A stretch of DNA of 64,000 bases from Marsupella aquatica (taxonomy: Eukaryota > Plantae > Marchantiophyta). Both the position numbers and the translations under genes were made by a program. The notes beneath the pieces were generated by a model. The model ran no database searches. It worked only from the letters and a program-made list of their open reading frames with translations, and was not told where the DNA came from. The stretch covers positions 20,720,169-20,784,168 of the forward strand of contig OZ316891.1 of the NCBI GenBank assembly GCA_973895155.1. The letters run 5' to 3'. Positions 49,854-62,146 of the stretch are shown in pieces (position 1 is the stretch's first letter; every line of letters begins with the position of its first letter).

Positions 49854-50854
49854 GTGCCTTGTTAACAAAATTTCCTTTTTGTTCCCAGGTTGCACTTGCT
49901 TCTTATGCGTTTGTCCACTTTGGTTTGCATTTGGCCCTTTCTGCTTACTACATTCTTCCACTTTCCCTCTTGAGACCAAAGTAACATTAAAAAGTAATGT
50001 ATTGAGGTGTGCAGATTTAGTGTTATATTAACACACTAGTTCTTGGGTAGAGCCCAAAAATGATTGTACACTCTCGAATTAATGTAACACTTATTCCCAT
50101 GAACAGTGTAGCATTTCTCCTGCACACAATGCTGGTGGCATTCCTGAAAAAAACATTACAACCTTAAAAGAGGTTACCTGATGGTGTGGTGTACTAAGGG
50201 AGTCCTGGTTTCTCCTCAGCCCCTTGCTAGTCCACTTTGGGAACCTGGTTCAACTCTCTCTCCCTCTGTGGGGTCCCTGTTGGATGCCAGGGTATTGCCC
50301 CCTTGCTGCTACCCTAGGGTAATGAGCAAGATCTGGAAGAGGAATGTATGCTCACTTGGATGGGTCTCGTTAGAGTCTGGTTTCGGTTTTCAAGGGAAAA
50401 AAAATGGTTTTCAAGGGAAAAAAAATGGTTACCTGATATGACATGAATGATTTTGCCGGCCAGCGAGAAAAGTAAGGTATAAATGCACGGAACAAACCGT
50501 CACCCCCGTACCGGAATGTAATACGGAGAGTACCGGAATGTAATAAGGAGACTGAGCAATGAAGAAACCAACACAGTAACACAGTGGAATGAGCTGACAT
50601 GGTGGTTAACACATTAATCACGCGTTCAGAGACACAACCAGAACCTGCTCCTCTCTTCGTCGACATCATTCTTCCTCCTTCTGCCTCCGGATTCCTGAAT
50701 TTGTAATCTTTGACTTCTCAGAAACGACCATCACACGCTCTCAATCAAATCCACTCGCTTGCTCGTCCCTCTCTCACTTCACTTCACTTCACTTCTCTTC
50801 TTGTAGAGGAGTCGTGGTGTGGAGTCTGCTGGTATCGCATTGTGGAACGGAAAG

Positions 50855-51470
50855 AGAGAATGCTGGATTGCTGCGGGTGTTTGGTTTGGAGTTGAGGCTA
50901 GGCTCCAACTACTGTACATTCAGCTTTTCCTTGCTGGTAGTTACTGTACTCGATATTTGTGCAAACCTCGGGACTCCCTCCCTCCGTAGAGCTAGTGTAG
51001 ACTCTGCTGGTTTCTCCTTGTGGAACGAACGAGAAAATGCTGGATTGCTGCCCGGTGTTTGATTCAGAGTTGAGGCTAGGCTCCAACTACATTCAGCTCT
51101 TCCTTGCTGTTGGTTAGTGTACTCGATATTTGTGCAAAGCTCCGGACTCCCTCCCTCCCTAGAGGTAGTGTAGACTCTGCTGGTTTCTCCTTATGGAACG
51201 AACGAGAGAATGCTGGATTGCTGCCCGGTGTTTGATTCAGAGTTGAGGCTAGGCTCCAACTAAATTCAGCTTTCCTCATAAATGCTCTTGCAGTTAGTTA
51301 CAGTGCTCGATATTTGTGCAAGGTCCGGTCCCACAAGTTTGAGGAAGAGATTTGTCGCCAGCTCCCCGCTCTTGTAGAGCTGGTGTAGACTCCGCTGGTT
51401 TCTCCTTTTGGAACGGAGGAGAGAATGCTGGATTGCTGCCCGGTGTTTGATTCAGAGTTGAGGCTAGGCT
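50855..51470 (+). repeat. Tandem duplications with ~175-215-bp units, 3-4 copies, in the probable 5' leader upstream of the PADRE gene
   Basis: 'gagaatgctggattgctgcccggtgtttgattcagagttgaggctaggct' at about 50857, 51032, 51206 and 51421. Confidence 0.85.
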
Positions 51471-54400
51471 AGGTCCCTACTACTAAAGTTACCTTTTCCG
51501 AAATGGTAGAGCTCGTTGCGAACTTGCTATTACAGTTTTCCATATTTACAGCTCCGGACGCACATGTTTACAGTAAGAGATTTCTCTCCAGCTCCACCCT
51601 CGTTTCCCTTGGGGATGAATGATATGGAGAAAATTTAGAAGCTAGGGTGAGATGCGATAGATTACTGCACCTCTAAATTTTCAGAGCAGCTGCTGTAGCT
51701 AACAGTAAGTTGTTCTCCGTCGTTTTGGTAGGAAACAAGAAAAGTGCGAATCCCGAGCTCATCAGAAGAAAGTCAGGGAACATTTAGGTGGGCTGCCCGC
51801 TAGGCACCGGACTCCCGTCCGCAGAGAATGCAGCTAGCTCATAGACAGGCAGCAATTTGTGAGCAGCTGTAGAAAGAGGATCGCTCGTAGGTGTGTGCGT
51901 GCTTTCGTATATTTTATGTTTCGTAGACGACTGGCATACATGGGGGAACCAATTCGGTGTCCAGGGATATATGACTCGATCATTGATGTTGCGAGTTGGG
52001 AAAAGGAAGTGTATTGACTCCCTGTCCGCGCCAGCACTGTGGTGCCGATTGGTGCACACAGTGTTTCACGGCTGGGTGGTTCCCTCCATCTTTGAATGGA
52101 TCTGAGCCGGAATGGATACAGTAGATGGATAAAAGGCAATCTGTGAAATTGGGTCCTGAACGTTTTGAATTCCCACCTGGAGAGGATTTTTTTGTCAGTC
52201 GTGGCGAAGAGGAAGAAGGAAAGTCAGAACGTGGTATTTCGAATTCTTAGCAGCCCGACGTCGGTGGAGGAGCTCGCTGAATGCTTGGATGGAAGTCAAG
52301 GATCGAACAAGAGTAATCAGCCCGTAGAGTGATGTGCAGTTTGTGTGATGAGCTAGTCATGTCGCGCGACCGGTACGAAGGCTGTGCGCACGAAAGATCG
52401 TAAGTATGTTCCCCCTTTGCTTCCTTTCTAAATATTCTCGCGTCAATTTGTGGATTGGTTTCTCGTTTATGTGTTACATTATTAGGCGCTAAAGTTCTGA
52501 AGTGGTAGCGATTCCCTGATCTCTTGTCCTTTCTCATCCCGTGTCTATAATTAGCGAGGAAGTACTTTTCAGCTATCGGTGTTAAGTCTCCCAGTTTGCC
52601 TCGCTCCAGGGGACGAATGACTAACCGCTTTTGATTAGATCGTCCATGAAGTTGTGTAGCAGGTACAATAGCTTTCGCTACGGAATGTCAGTTTGTCGAG
52701 AGGTTAGCCACTTACTTTTCAACCTGGGTAGGTGAGTAATCTTAGCCCGTGGTTTAGTCCAATAGCTACCATATTCTTCGATGCTGGAGACCTCCGGTAG
52801 AGATTGAGGTCTTCAGTTACGAACCTCACTCCGGTAGAGATTGAGGTCTTTACGAACCACTCTATCTTATTGCAGAGGTATTTTTGGCGTAACAACATTC
52901 TGAAAACCACTAGTGCAGCGAAGCCTATTTTGCACCATGACGGAACATCCATTGAGAACGTTGAATTCTCTGGCGAGGTGCCTGGACAGGAGTCCATTGA
53001 GAACATTGTGCAGTAGAATGTTGTGGCGACTGTTAGCTCAGCTATATGTAAGCTGCAGTGAAAACAACTTCTTGTCGATGATAACAGCACTGTTGCATGA
53101 GATCGAGCTGGATCCGGTGCAAGCTGGATCCGGTGCAAGCTGGCTGTCGGTGGGAATGCTTCAGTTTCAGACTGTTGAATATAATCGGTTGGCTGCAGAA
53201 TAGACAGACAGGTAATAAAGTCAGCTCAAATCTGACTCAAGAATCGTTAGAGCACTTACTTCCCTCGTCCTGAAGTTAGTTAGAAATTGACGTATACAGT
53301 AATTGAGCGCGGATGCCTCCAGTGTCAGTTTGAGTAAAAAGCTGGGATTCAGGAGCTGAAGTTGGACCAGACGCACATTCCGTATTGTGACGTTGGAGCG
53401 CAGCTTGGCAGTTGTCGAGCGACTACGGAGCGAGTTTAGAACGTTCGAGTACAGTTTGCAGTCAGGAGGAGCTGTGCCAGCGGAAATGCCTGTTTCTTAT
53501 TATTTCTCCTCACCGCTGGAGGGCTCTGATACATACAACCTGCCAAATCGGTTTTCGTTTATAAAAATCGAGGTCCAGAACTGACTGTGGGCTGAGCGTC
53601 ATTTTCATTAGATAGGGTCGGATTTTGTTTGTCTTCTGGGCCAAACTCGGCTCTGTGTTAGAAAAGGAAACCTCTACACTGGCCTCTGGGTGTCCCATAC
53701 TCAGAATGACGAAGTGACCAACACTACCCATTCGTCTCCTGTGCATTTGTCGATGCCGTTCTTAAGCCGGGTAGTGCGCTCTGGGCGTGATCCTTGAGTT
53801 CTCTTCTGTGGCAGGGGAAGTGTCGTTTTTGGGCTGGGAATTCCGAGTCGCAGCTTCGAAGCTGTGAGATGCCTAGAAAGTACCTTGAATGGGATCTATT
53901 CCCACGTCACGGAGGTCTAGTTGTCTAGTCGTCTAAATGTGGTGTTTTTGAAAACCGTCCTGTTTCATGGGCCCAGTGAGGGCAACTAGCTCGACAAAAG
54001 GAATAGATCTCAAGAGAAATTGCTTCCTTCGAGTTCCTCCTCGAGACGGGTGTCTGAAAAGTACGGACCCAGCTTCGGGTCCTCCCAGTTTACGAGAGAT
54101 CGTTTTGGGTTTAGGCTTTTGTCAATGTTGAATCAAATGCCTGAGCACAGTTTCTCAACTAATAATCTTTGATGATTTTCGTTTACCAGCACTCAGCTCC
54201 ATACTGTACCTGACCAGCAGCATAGCCATGCGTCATGGCTGCATTGCTGCTCACGACAGCAAACAAACAGACTGAGATTCATTTTCACTCACCGTTCACG
54301 GAAAGGGATTGAAAGGTTTTCCCTTAGTTTGCTCGATCCCTTGCCAACTGAGTGTTGTGTTTAAATGTTGCCATTGTGATGTAATTCTTCATCCCTGGAC

Positions 54401-55694
54401 GTCACGTGATTATCATCTGTGGATTCTGGTGACCTCGCGCAATGTGCCCTCTCCACGGATTTACAGTCTGTTCCAACGAGCTGGCCTCGACAAGTGGAGC
54501 CAACAAGCTTCGTTAAAATGACCGATATCTTAGTCTCCCCCTTCCCTGAACGATTCTACTAGTATTCCGTTGTTGACCGCTGCCCAGCTGGGTTGCAATC
54601 CATTCTTACTGGATTCAACACTGACACACTTAAGCCACATCCCCCATAGTTCCCTGCATGCCTGTTAAACCGCCTTTCATGAATTGCATGGGACACTGGC
54701 AAGCTATCATTTGAAAGTGGATTCTCGATACCAGAAGCAACTTTGCACGTGCAGAACGAAGCAGTCGTAATACTGCTCTGGACACCGAGGTTTATGTCCG
54801 TGTATTGTCTCGCGCACCTCGTCGTGTTACAACGAGCTTCCGTTTTTCGTTGTTCGTGCTGGCTGGCTGGCTGGCTGAGAGATGGACAAGCTCTTGCATA
54901 CAGTGCTGTGCCCCGATCGTAATTTCTGATCTCATGAATTCGTTCCTCATAGAACTCGAGAGAGAAACTAGCTTCGTCGCCAAAGTCTTGTTCACAAATC
55001 AAGTTTTGCAGCCCTGGTTGAATGACGGTCTAACGACCACACTTTCGTATCTGGAGAAATTGTCTTTGCGACCTCATAGTTAATTTTAAGCGCAAACTAA
55101 CAGACTTGATTTGTCGAAAAGCAATTATTCATTATGTCTTCTGGTATCCATCCCTGCCGTGTTCGCCGTTTCGTGAGTCTTCAATAATTGAATGCAGGTC
55201 ACACTCATTCTGGTTTCCTCCGAAGTTTCCTCCCGAGTTTCCTCTCGTTTTGTCTCTCTAGTAGTACGTTATAGCAATAATTCTACTCGAGTGTTGGCAA
55301 TGATTTGGTGCTTTAATCCGCTCGTTATGATGTTGTTTTGCAGGTAACATTTATACAATTTAGTTTCTCTTCATGAGCGGGTTGTGGGCCGATTGTAGTC
55401 TGAAACGTTGTCCGAGGCAGCTTGCTTGAACTTGACGGTTAACAAATTGTAAGCCGGTGAGTTTCACTCATGGGGGTTCGATTGGATTAAGGAGGATCAT
55501 CCAGCTGCTGCTGGAGCATTGTCCGAGGCAGGTAGCTTTCAACTTGACGGGTTACAATTGTAAGCCAGTGAGATTCAGTCATGGTGGTTCGAATAGATTG
55601 AGGAAATCATCCAGATGCCAGGGAATCGGCAGCTATAATCAATTGGCTCTCGGTCGGTTGGGCTTGGGCTTGGGCTTGACGGTCGGCTATTAGA

Positions 55695-56221
55695 ATGGGA
55701 AATAGTCCATTGACCGTGTGTATCAGTCAGGCTTTTGAGAAACAGACAGTGCAGGTGGTACTATCGGATGGGCAAGTGTTGTTCATGCCGCATCCGCTGA
55801 CGGTCGGAATGCTGATGGAAGCCCATCCGAGCCATATCGTTTGCCACGGGAGCCCATCACTATTAGAGCAACGTCTCCCCATTCACCAGAGACTCGAGAG
55901 TGGAGAAATTTACTACCTGCTTCCCTCCTCTCAACCGGCTGTTCCAACAACTCCAACCAGAGACTTATTCCAAAACATTAGACTACAGCAACAGCAGTCA
56001 AAGGTGAAGCAGTTCAAGCAGAGGGTCCCATTCAAACCAGCCCCGGCTGATTTCTCTGATTATGCCCGACTGAGCTTGAAGCCGCAACGATGCCTGATCA
56101 ACCTGTTCGTTTTTCGGCAGAGTGTGGCATCAATTATGCCAGAGGAGTCCTTCAAGGTGGTTTCTCAATCTCAAGGGGATCCTTATCATCAGCACGGTAA
56201 TATCCCCCGAGCTGCTGCTGT

Positions 56222-56254
<33 letters not shown>

Positions 56255-56732
56255 AGCTCCTAGTACTCTTCTTAACAACAAGAGAAACCCACCACAAATC
56301 GATCAATCTCCGAAGCAGCAGCACAGAGGGGTGAAGGGAAGAAAGCATGGAGCCCCGTGGAAGCCCCACTTGGAGAGCATTTCAGAAACGAAGCCTGTGA
56401 TGCACAATTTTTCATCTTCACTCCCCATCATCACCACGAACAAGTACAGCGACAACAATTTTATTCACAGCTTCTCTGGGCCTATGATCTCCGGCGTTAA
56501 ATCATTATCGCCTGCCAGTTCTCCCCAAGGCTCTCCTCTCAACAATCTTCTGCTTCCTCTTCATTCATACGGGGGACAACACTATCAACAACAATTCAAC
56601 CGAGGACAACCGCAACGCTTAGGAGGAGGGGTGATTCATTCCCCTCTAGCTAGTCCTCTGGCTAGTCCTCTAGCGAGTCCTCGACCCGGAGATCGAGATA
56701 ACACTCGACAGAGGTTCATCTACTCGGCATAA
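55695..56732 (+). CDS. DUF4228 / PADRE family protein, 345 aa
   Basis: MGN start (N-myristoylation-like), VQVVLSDGQV..TVGMLM..HPSHIVC, LESGEIYYLLP and WKPHLESISE motifs, followed by an extended low-complexity tail. Confidence 0.85.
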
Positions 56733-57312
56733 GATACATAGACATTTGAACAGAGTTGAAGCCTATCTAGGATTCATATCCAGAGTATGCCATGATAGCC
56801 ATCGACAAACGCTCAGCAGGGAAACGTCTGGCGCCGAAACAGAACTTCGTAGAGGGTAGTGCTGCTGCTACCCAAAGAGCAAGAAGCTCGTCTGATTAGC
56901 TCTACAATGGGATGCCGCTGTAAGGGAGAAAGGAACCGTACGTATCTCCTGCGCACAAGGAAGAATTCCCGGGGCGCCCTGGGCACCAAGCTCCTCCCGA
57001 CCAGAGGGGAGTCTTCTAATCAACAGAAGTTCATCAGACTAGGACCAGGACGAAATTTGTCAGTGGCTAGATCTAATCAGTTCTCTTGGAGTCCCAAAGT
57101 TTTATCGGCTCCTACACCCCTATCTGTCCCATGGAGAAATTAAATCTCCGTCAGTCAATTGTACATATCATTGTTCTGAAATCTACCGACCTCCCATATA
57201 CATTGATCTTGGGATCGACGAAGAAATCATCTCTCGAGTGCGCATTGATCTACGTGCAAATTGTGGATGTGACATGTCTCAAGTTATTTCTCGGTCGTAC
57301 AACGAATGGAAC

Positions 57313-57629
57313 TGTTGGAAATGAACCACACTCGAACGAAGATGGAACTGTAGCTCAGTGGTAGAGCACTACGATGTACACGGGAGGTCCTAGGTTCAAT
57401 TCCTAGCCGGTCCATGCTGTTGAAAGTTCCAACATGGTATCAGAGCCAAAGAATAGGAGTTTCCCTTGTAACGAGTGCGGCTCAAGGGTGAGTGTTGGAA
57501 ATGAACCACACTCGAACGAAGATGGATACAGCCACAAAGGGCCTGTAGCTCAGTGGTAGAGCACTACGATGTACACGGGAGGTCCTAGGTTCAATTCCTA
57601 GCCGGTCCATGCTGTTGAAAGTTCCAACA
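57313..57629 (+). mobile_element. TRIM (non-autonomous mini LTR retrotransposon) with tRNA-derived LTRs
   Basis: LTRs 57313-57434 and 57493-57629 (TGTTGGAA...TTCCAACA). TSD GGAAC at 57308-57312 and 57630-57634. PBS TGGTATCAGAGCC at 57435-57447, PPT AAGGGTGAG at 57484-57492, and a 58-bp internal domain. Confidence 0.95.
57539..57609 (+). pseudogene. tRNA-like sequence within the 3' LTR of the TRIM (a 5'-deleted copy lies at about 57349-57414)
   Basis: Acceptor GGGCCTG/CCGGTCC+A, D-arm GCTC-AGTGGTA-GAGC, T-arm CTAGG-TTCAATT-CCTAG. A box TAGCTCAGTGG and B box GGTTCAATTCC. The anticodon arm does not fold canonically. Confidence 0.8.
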
Positions 57630-58639
57630 GGAACTGTGTTGTGGTTCGGAAGATTTTCTCAAGTACAACAGATTGCGAATTGGCGGTCACTCCTTCCTGT
57701 GAGAAGCTATTTTAGAGCTTGAGGTGATCAGAGTCAGGGACCTCCTGAATCGCAAACAAGGTTTGACTTAAAACTTCTAGAACATGCTGATCAAGCCGTG
57801 TAAAAGAGATGTGTTTGAAATCTCCCTCCGGTGTTCACAATTGTGACTCAGTTCTAGAAAGAACCTGTCAGTTCAAAACCTTGATGAAAGACGAGAAGAA
57901 TAGAGATGTTTGTGTGCCAAGTGTTCCCTAATTCAATTTCAAAAGTGAATACAAATTGAAGCCAAAAGTGATTGTGGCCAAGTCAGAGAGCAAAAGGGGT
58001 GTCAAAGTTCTCCCCTAACCAAAGTGTTTGTTATGACTTTATTTGTGGGCGTCTCACCCTTATGAGGTACTTATTTTGGTAGTCTATAGTGATTTTGTCT
58101 GGCCGCAACAGATGTATGTCTATGTATGTCCTGAGCCGTCACTGAGTCTATAGCTATGCTTTGACACGCCCTAATACAATGGTGGCATACATCCAGGAGT
58201 TGCAACCCTTTGAGATTAGATTCCTAAAATTGACATGACTGGGATGGCGAGGGATGAGACTTTGCACCCACAAAAAAAAGTGAAGTTGTAGGCTGTTTAA
58301 ATTCTGCCACATTGAGCTCAGAATGGTGTAGCATGCCCTAGTGCTTGACTAGGCCTTTGCAGGGTTGAAATTTAAAGATGGTGCCCATGGATTCGAACTT
58401 TATTCTCTCAAAATCTGCATCAATCTCATATCAGGTAGTTGCACTATCCTTGCATGGTAAAGTAATTCCACAAGAAGAATATCCAAAACATGAAAAAGTA
58501 TGGTGAACTGACAATAATCAGCATTCGTGCTAGCAGTATTTACGCAAAGCTTAAAACAATTTGCAGAATGCCCCACAAAAAGGACTTGATGTGAGTTGTT
58601 GGGTAGTGTCACACAGCACTACAATGGGAACAGGATGCC

Positions 58640-58803
58640 AGGCGTTGCCTTTGAGATGACAGCCGCAACATTATATGATTGGGGGACATTATATGATTGG
58701 GGATGGCAAGGGATGGGACTTTGGGCCAACGGTGTTGCCTTTGAGATGACAGCCACAACATTATATGATTGGCGATGGCAAGGGATGGGACTTTGGGCCA
58801 ACG
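58640..58803. repeat. Tandem duplication of about 75-90 bp
   Basis: 'gttgcctttgagatgacagcc.caacattatatgattgg.gatggcaagggatgggactttgggccaacg' occurs twice. Confidence 0.8.
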
Positions 58804-59004
58804 AATGACAGTCGTAGGTTGAATGCCTCACTTCAGAATGGTACAGAGTAGCATACCCAGTGCTTGATGACAGTCAGCAAGGCATTAATAGTTGCACATC
58901 AAAATGTAAATATATATGGTGTATTATGTTACTCCATACCATGAGAAATCCTGGAAACCCAATTATTCTCTTGCATTGTACATCAAAAGGTAACAATATA
59001 AGGT

Positions 59005-59299
59005 GTGCAAGGAGGGCCGGCCTATAGAGAGTGGGGCAGGGCACTTATGGGGCAACGGGAAGCACATATGGGCAAGGGGTGCACATTTCTTCCATCAATG
59101 GTCAGGGAAAATAGCTAATTGAAGACAACGGCTAAGGATCTTTCCTGCCCATGAACTTTTTTAGGGAGCGCATTTCTTCCATCAATGGTCAGGGAAAATA
59201 GCTAATCGAATCCAATGGCTAAGGATCTTTCCCGCCCATGAGCTTTTTTGTATTGGGACGAAGGACAAAAAAAAGGGGATCCCTTATTATAGTTGTAGA
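59005..59299 (-). mobile_element. Non-autonomous Helitron-like element, 3'-truncated, with an internal duplication
   Basis: Reverse complement begins A|TCTACAACTATAATAAGGGATCCC, identical to the start of 61913-62146, and is colinear with it. Confidence 0.55.
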
Positions 59300-59594
59300 T
59301 TGTGTCACTCCATACCATGAGAAATACAATTATGATGTTTAAATCCAAGTATGTATCATAGGTGCCAGGTTTTGATGTGCTAATATCTCGAGTTCATTTG
59401 TGTTGTTGTGCAATGTCGCCCAGTATAAGTATACCCCCCATACTTATACTTTAGAGGAGGCAGATCAGCAACAGTGCGATAATGTGTGATGGTGAGGGGC
59501 TAGTGTAGCTTTCTAGACCCCTATCTACAGGAGAAGTGCAATAGTGTATAAACCAATCTTGGAGTTGGTTTGACTGGAAGCAAATAAGGGGGAG

Positions 59595-60575
59595 ACTATG
59601 AGTATGAGCAGCCACACATGATCATGGGGGCACTCAGTACAAAGCAGGCTTCAAGAGCTCCAGAAAGGGGGCTGTAACTAAATCACGTGTGTGGTCTAAT
59701 TGGTTGGTTGCTAATCACGTCTAATTGGTTGGTTGCTAATCACCAATTAGACCACACAATCAGATTCCAATCGTGTATTTTCTTACTTTTTAATCATTTA
59801 AAAGGACCCTACAAGGCCACTTTAATTCACGTGATCATTGGACCTCCTTGAAGGATGTTTGCTGCCCACCAAAGTCTTGTGCACATTTGTTTCTTTTGGA
59901 AAAAAGTAGCCACAAGGGGGCTTTACCACGGGCTTTACAAGAACGAGAGGGCACACAGTGTGACATACCCTGGACCAAAATGAGTGGACACTCAGATACT
60001 TGAGCTTCCAGGCCTCTCACGAGAGGGGCCTGTGCGGGAATGCAATCAATGGATTCCAAGAGATTGAGCAAACAAAGCTTTAGACTACCCCTTGGGGTGA
60101 TCTAAAGTGTAGACTTAGGTCATAAAAAGAGTTTACAGGTCACCATTCTGCCTTTTCTTATTGGGACCCACCAGCTGCCATGTAGGACCGGGCAAAATTG
60201 AGCTGAAATAGATTGAAGTGTTCTACAAGAAAAATGGCTTGCCACCTTAAATTAACGATTGATATGGAATCTCAGTCTATAAAAGGAAGACTTGTCCATT
60301 GATTCTCCCGTTCCTGTAAAGCCTCCAGTATGAGCAGCCACACATGATCATGGTGGCCACTCAATGCAAAGCAGGCCTATCTTCAGGAGCACCAGAAGGA
60401 GGCCATAAATAAATCATGCTACGTGTTTGCAGCAACCAACCACGACGATTTCTTATAAGACCATACAATTGCAAAATTTATTGTTTTTTAATCATCTAAA
60501 AGGCGCTTTAATTCACGTGATGAGTAGACGTTCCTGGAGAATGTTTGGTGCCTACCTAAAGTCTTGTGCACATTG
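59595..60575. repeat. Diverged direct repeat pair (about 59600-59890 and 60328-60575), with related pieces near 62600-62790
   Basis: Shared 'agtatgagcagccacacatgatcatgg', 'tttaattcacgtgat' and 'aaagtcttgtgcacatt'. Confidence 0.6.
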
Positions 60576-61912
60576 GCTTCTTTCTGAGACAAGTACACTG
60601 TTTCCCGTAATTAGTATCATAACTTATATAGTCTCCCTGCATAAATAGTATCACACACACGACGAATAAGGGTGTGATTACAAATCTGAAAAAATATAAA
60701 TATTAGTGCAAGTAGAGAGTTCAGTCTATTGTCATTCGTTCTAATTTTGATTTTGATTGTATTTATAACCTGGTTTTCATTTCATCATACTTTAATGAAA
60801 TCTGACTTTCAATTGACATTCATTTTTAATTTTATATGCCATTGCAAATATATCTTACTACTAGAAATATTTGTACTTTTTGTAAACTATATACATAATA
60901 TGTGTTCATCACACACTATTTGAGTGTCACCAAAAATAATCTCACTTACTCTAATTTAGAATAACATGTATTTAGTCTCACTTTTTATATAGTCTCACAC
61001 ACATTAATTATGGTGACAGCTTTCAAAATCCTTTGTTCCCAAATACTGGGTGTGAGATTAATTACGGTAATCAGTGTAGCCCTTAATATTGTGCATACAT
61101 GCACAGAAAGGGCTCCGTGTATCCCCACAGTTGCATACCCGTCCCTGTTCACAAGCAAAGTCTAAATACTAAAAAGTTATGTTACTGGACAAATTATGGC
61201 CCCACTCTACAAAGTAAGTCATGAACAGTAGGCTTTGATTGAAACTTATAATATAGATTTTGCTGTCCACCGAGGGTGAGGCCGTACACTCAAACTTCCC
61301 CCTAAGCCTTGATATCCAATTTATTTCTATACAAAGTTTGGCAGTGTTTTGCAACTTTTTGGTCAAACCACCACAAATTTTGTTAGAAGTTTGGGACCCA
61401 TGAGCCAAAATATGACAGCTCCATAGATCTAGGGAAATCTAATGATCATACAATCAAACGTGTCTAAGGGCATGATCCCCCTGGAAGAAGGTCAGACCAC
61501 CATGCAGTTACTCATGATGGCATCCATCCACAATCATGGTATAAGTGCGTACTTGCTCTGATTGCTTAGGGAAACTTGCACTTGACTCGTAGGTATCACT
61601 AAGTGCGTCTCAAAGTTGCCGATGATGGCTTTCAGCTTTATCACATGGTTAGAGCTTTTTCCACAGGGTTGTGTAAAAGTTTTTTTTTGTTCATTTTTTC
61701 ACTAGCCTCTACAGTGACTTATGGTCAAGGCAAATGTGACCAATCTTTCTAGCAAAAAATCATGGACTACAAATTTGGTAGTCTACAGCTTTTTCTATTC
61801 ATAATCTCAATTAAAGTCCACCAAATTTTGAGGTTTGAGGCTCCTATTATGTTCTAACTCGTAAAAGCACAGTGCACTTCCAACTACCGTAGATGCTAAA
61901 TGAATTTCCATA

Positions 61913-62146
61913 TCTACAACTATAATAAGGGATCCCGCATTTTTTTGTCATTGGTCACCATACAAAAAAGCTTCTGGGCGGGAAAGATCCACAGCCGTTG
62001 GATTTGATTAGCTGTTTTTTCTCACCATTGATGAAAGAAATGTATACCTCTATCACTTATTTGCTTCCCGCTGCCCCGTAATGCCCCCGGCCAATCCCTA
62101 TGGGCCTGTCCTCCCTGCACAGTGCAAAGCACTGGCATAGGGCTTG
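61913..62146 (+). mobile_element. Non-autonomous Helitron-like element (234 bp)
   Basis: 5' A|TC start and a 3' hairpin CAGTGCAAAGCACTG (62120-62134) followed by CTTG|T (degenerate CTRR). Inserted between A and T with no TSD. Confidence 0.6.

Noticed and set aside
54215-54252. Short hairpin agcagcatagccatg/catggctgcattgctgct
   Set aside because: Too short and imperfect to distinguish from chance.
57349-57609. Two functional tRNA genes
   Set aside because: The anticodon arm does not fold, and both copies lie inside LTRs bounded by PBS, PPT and TSD.
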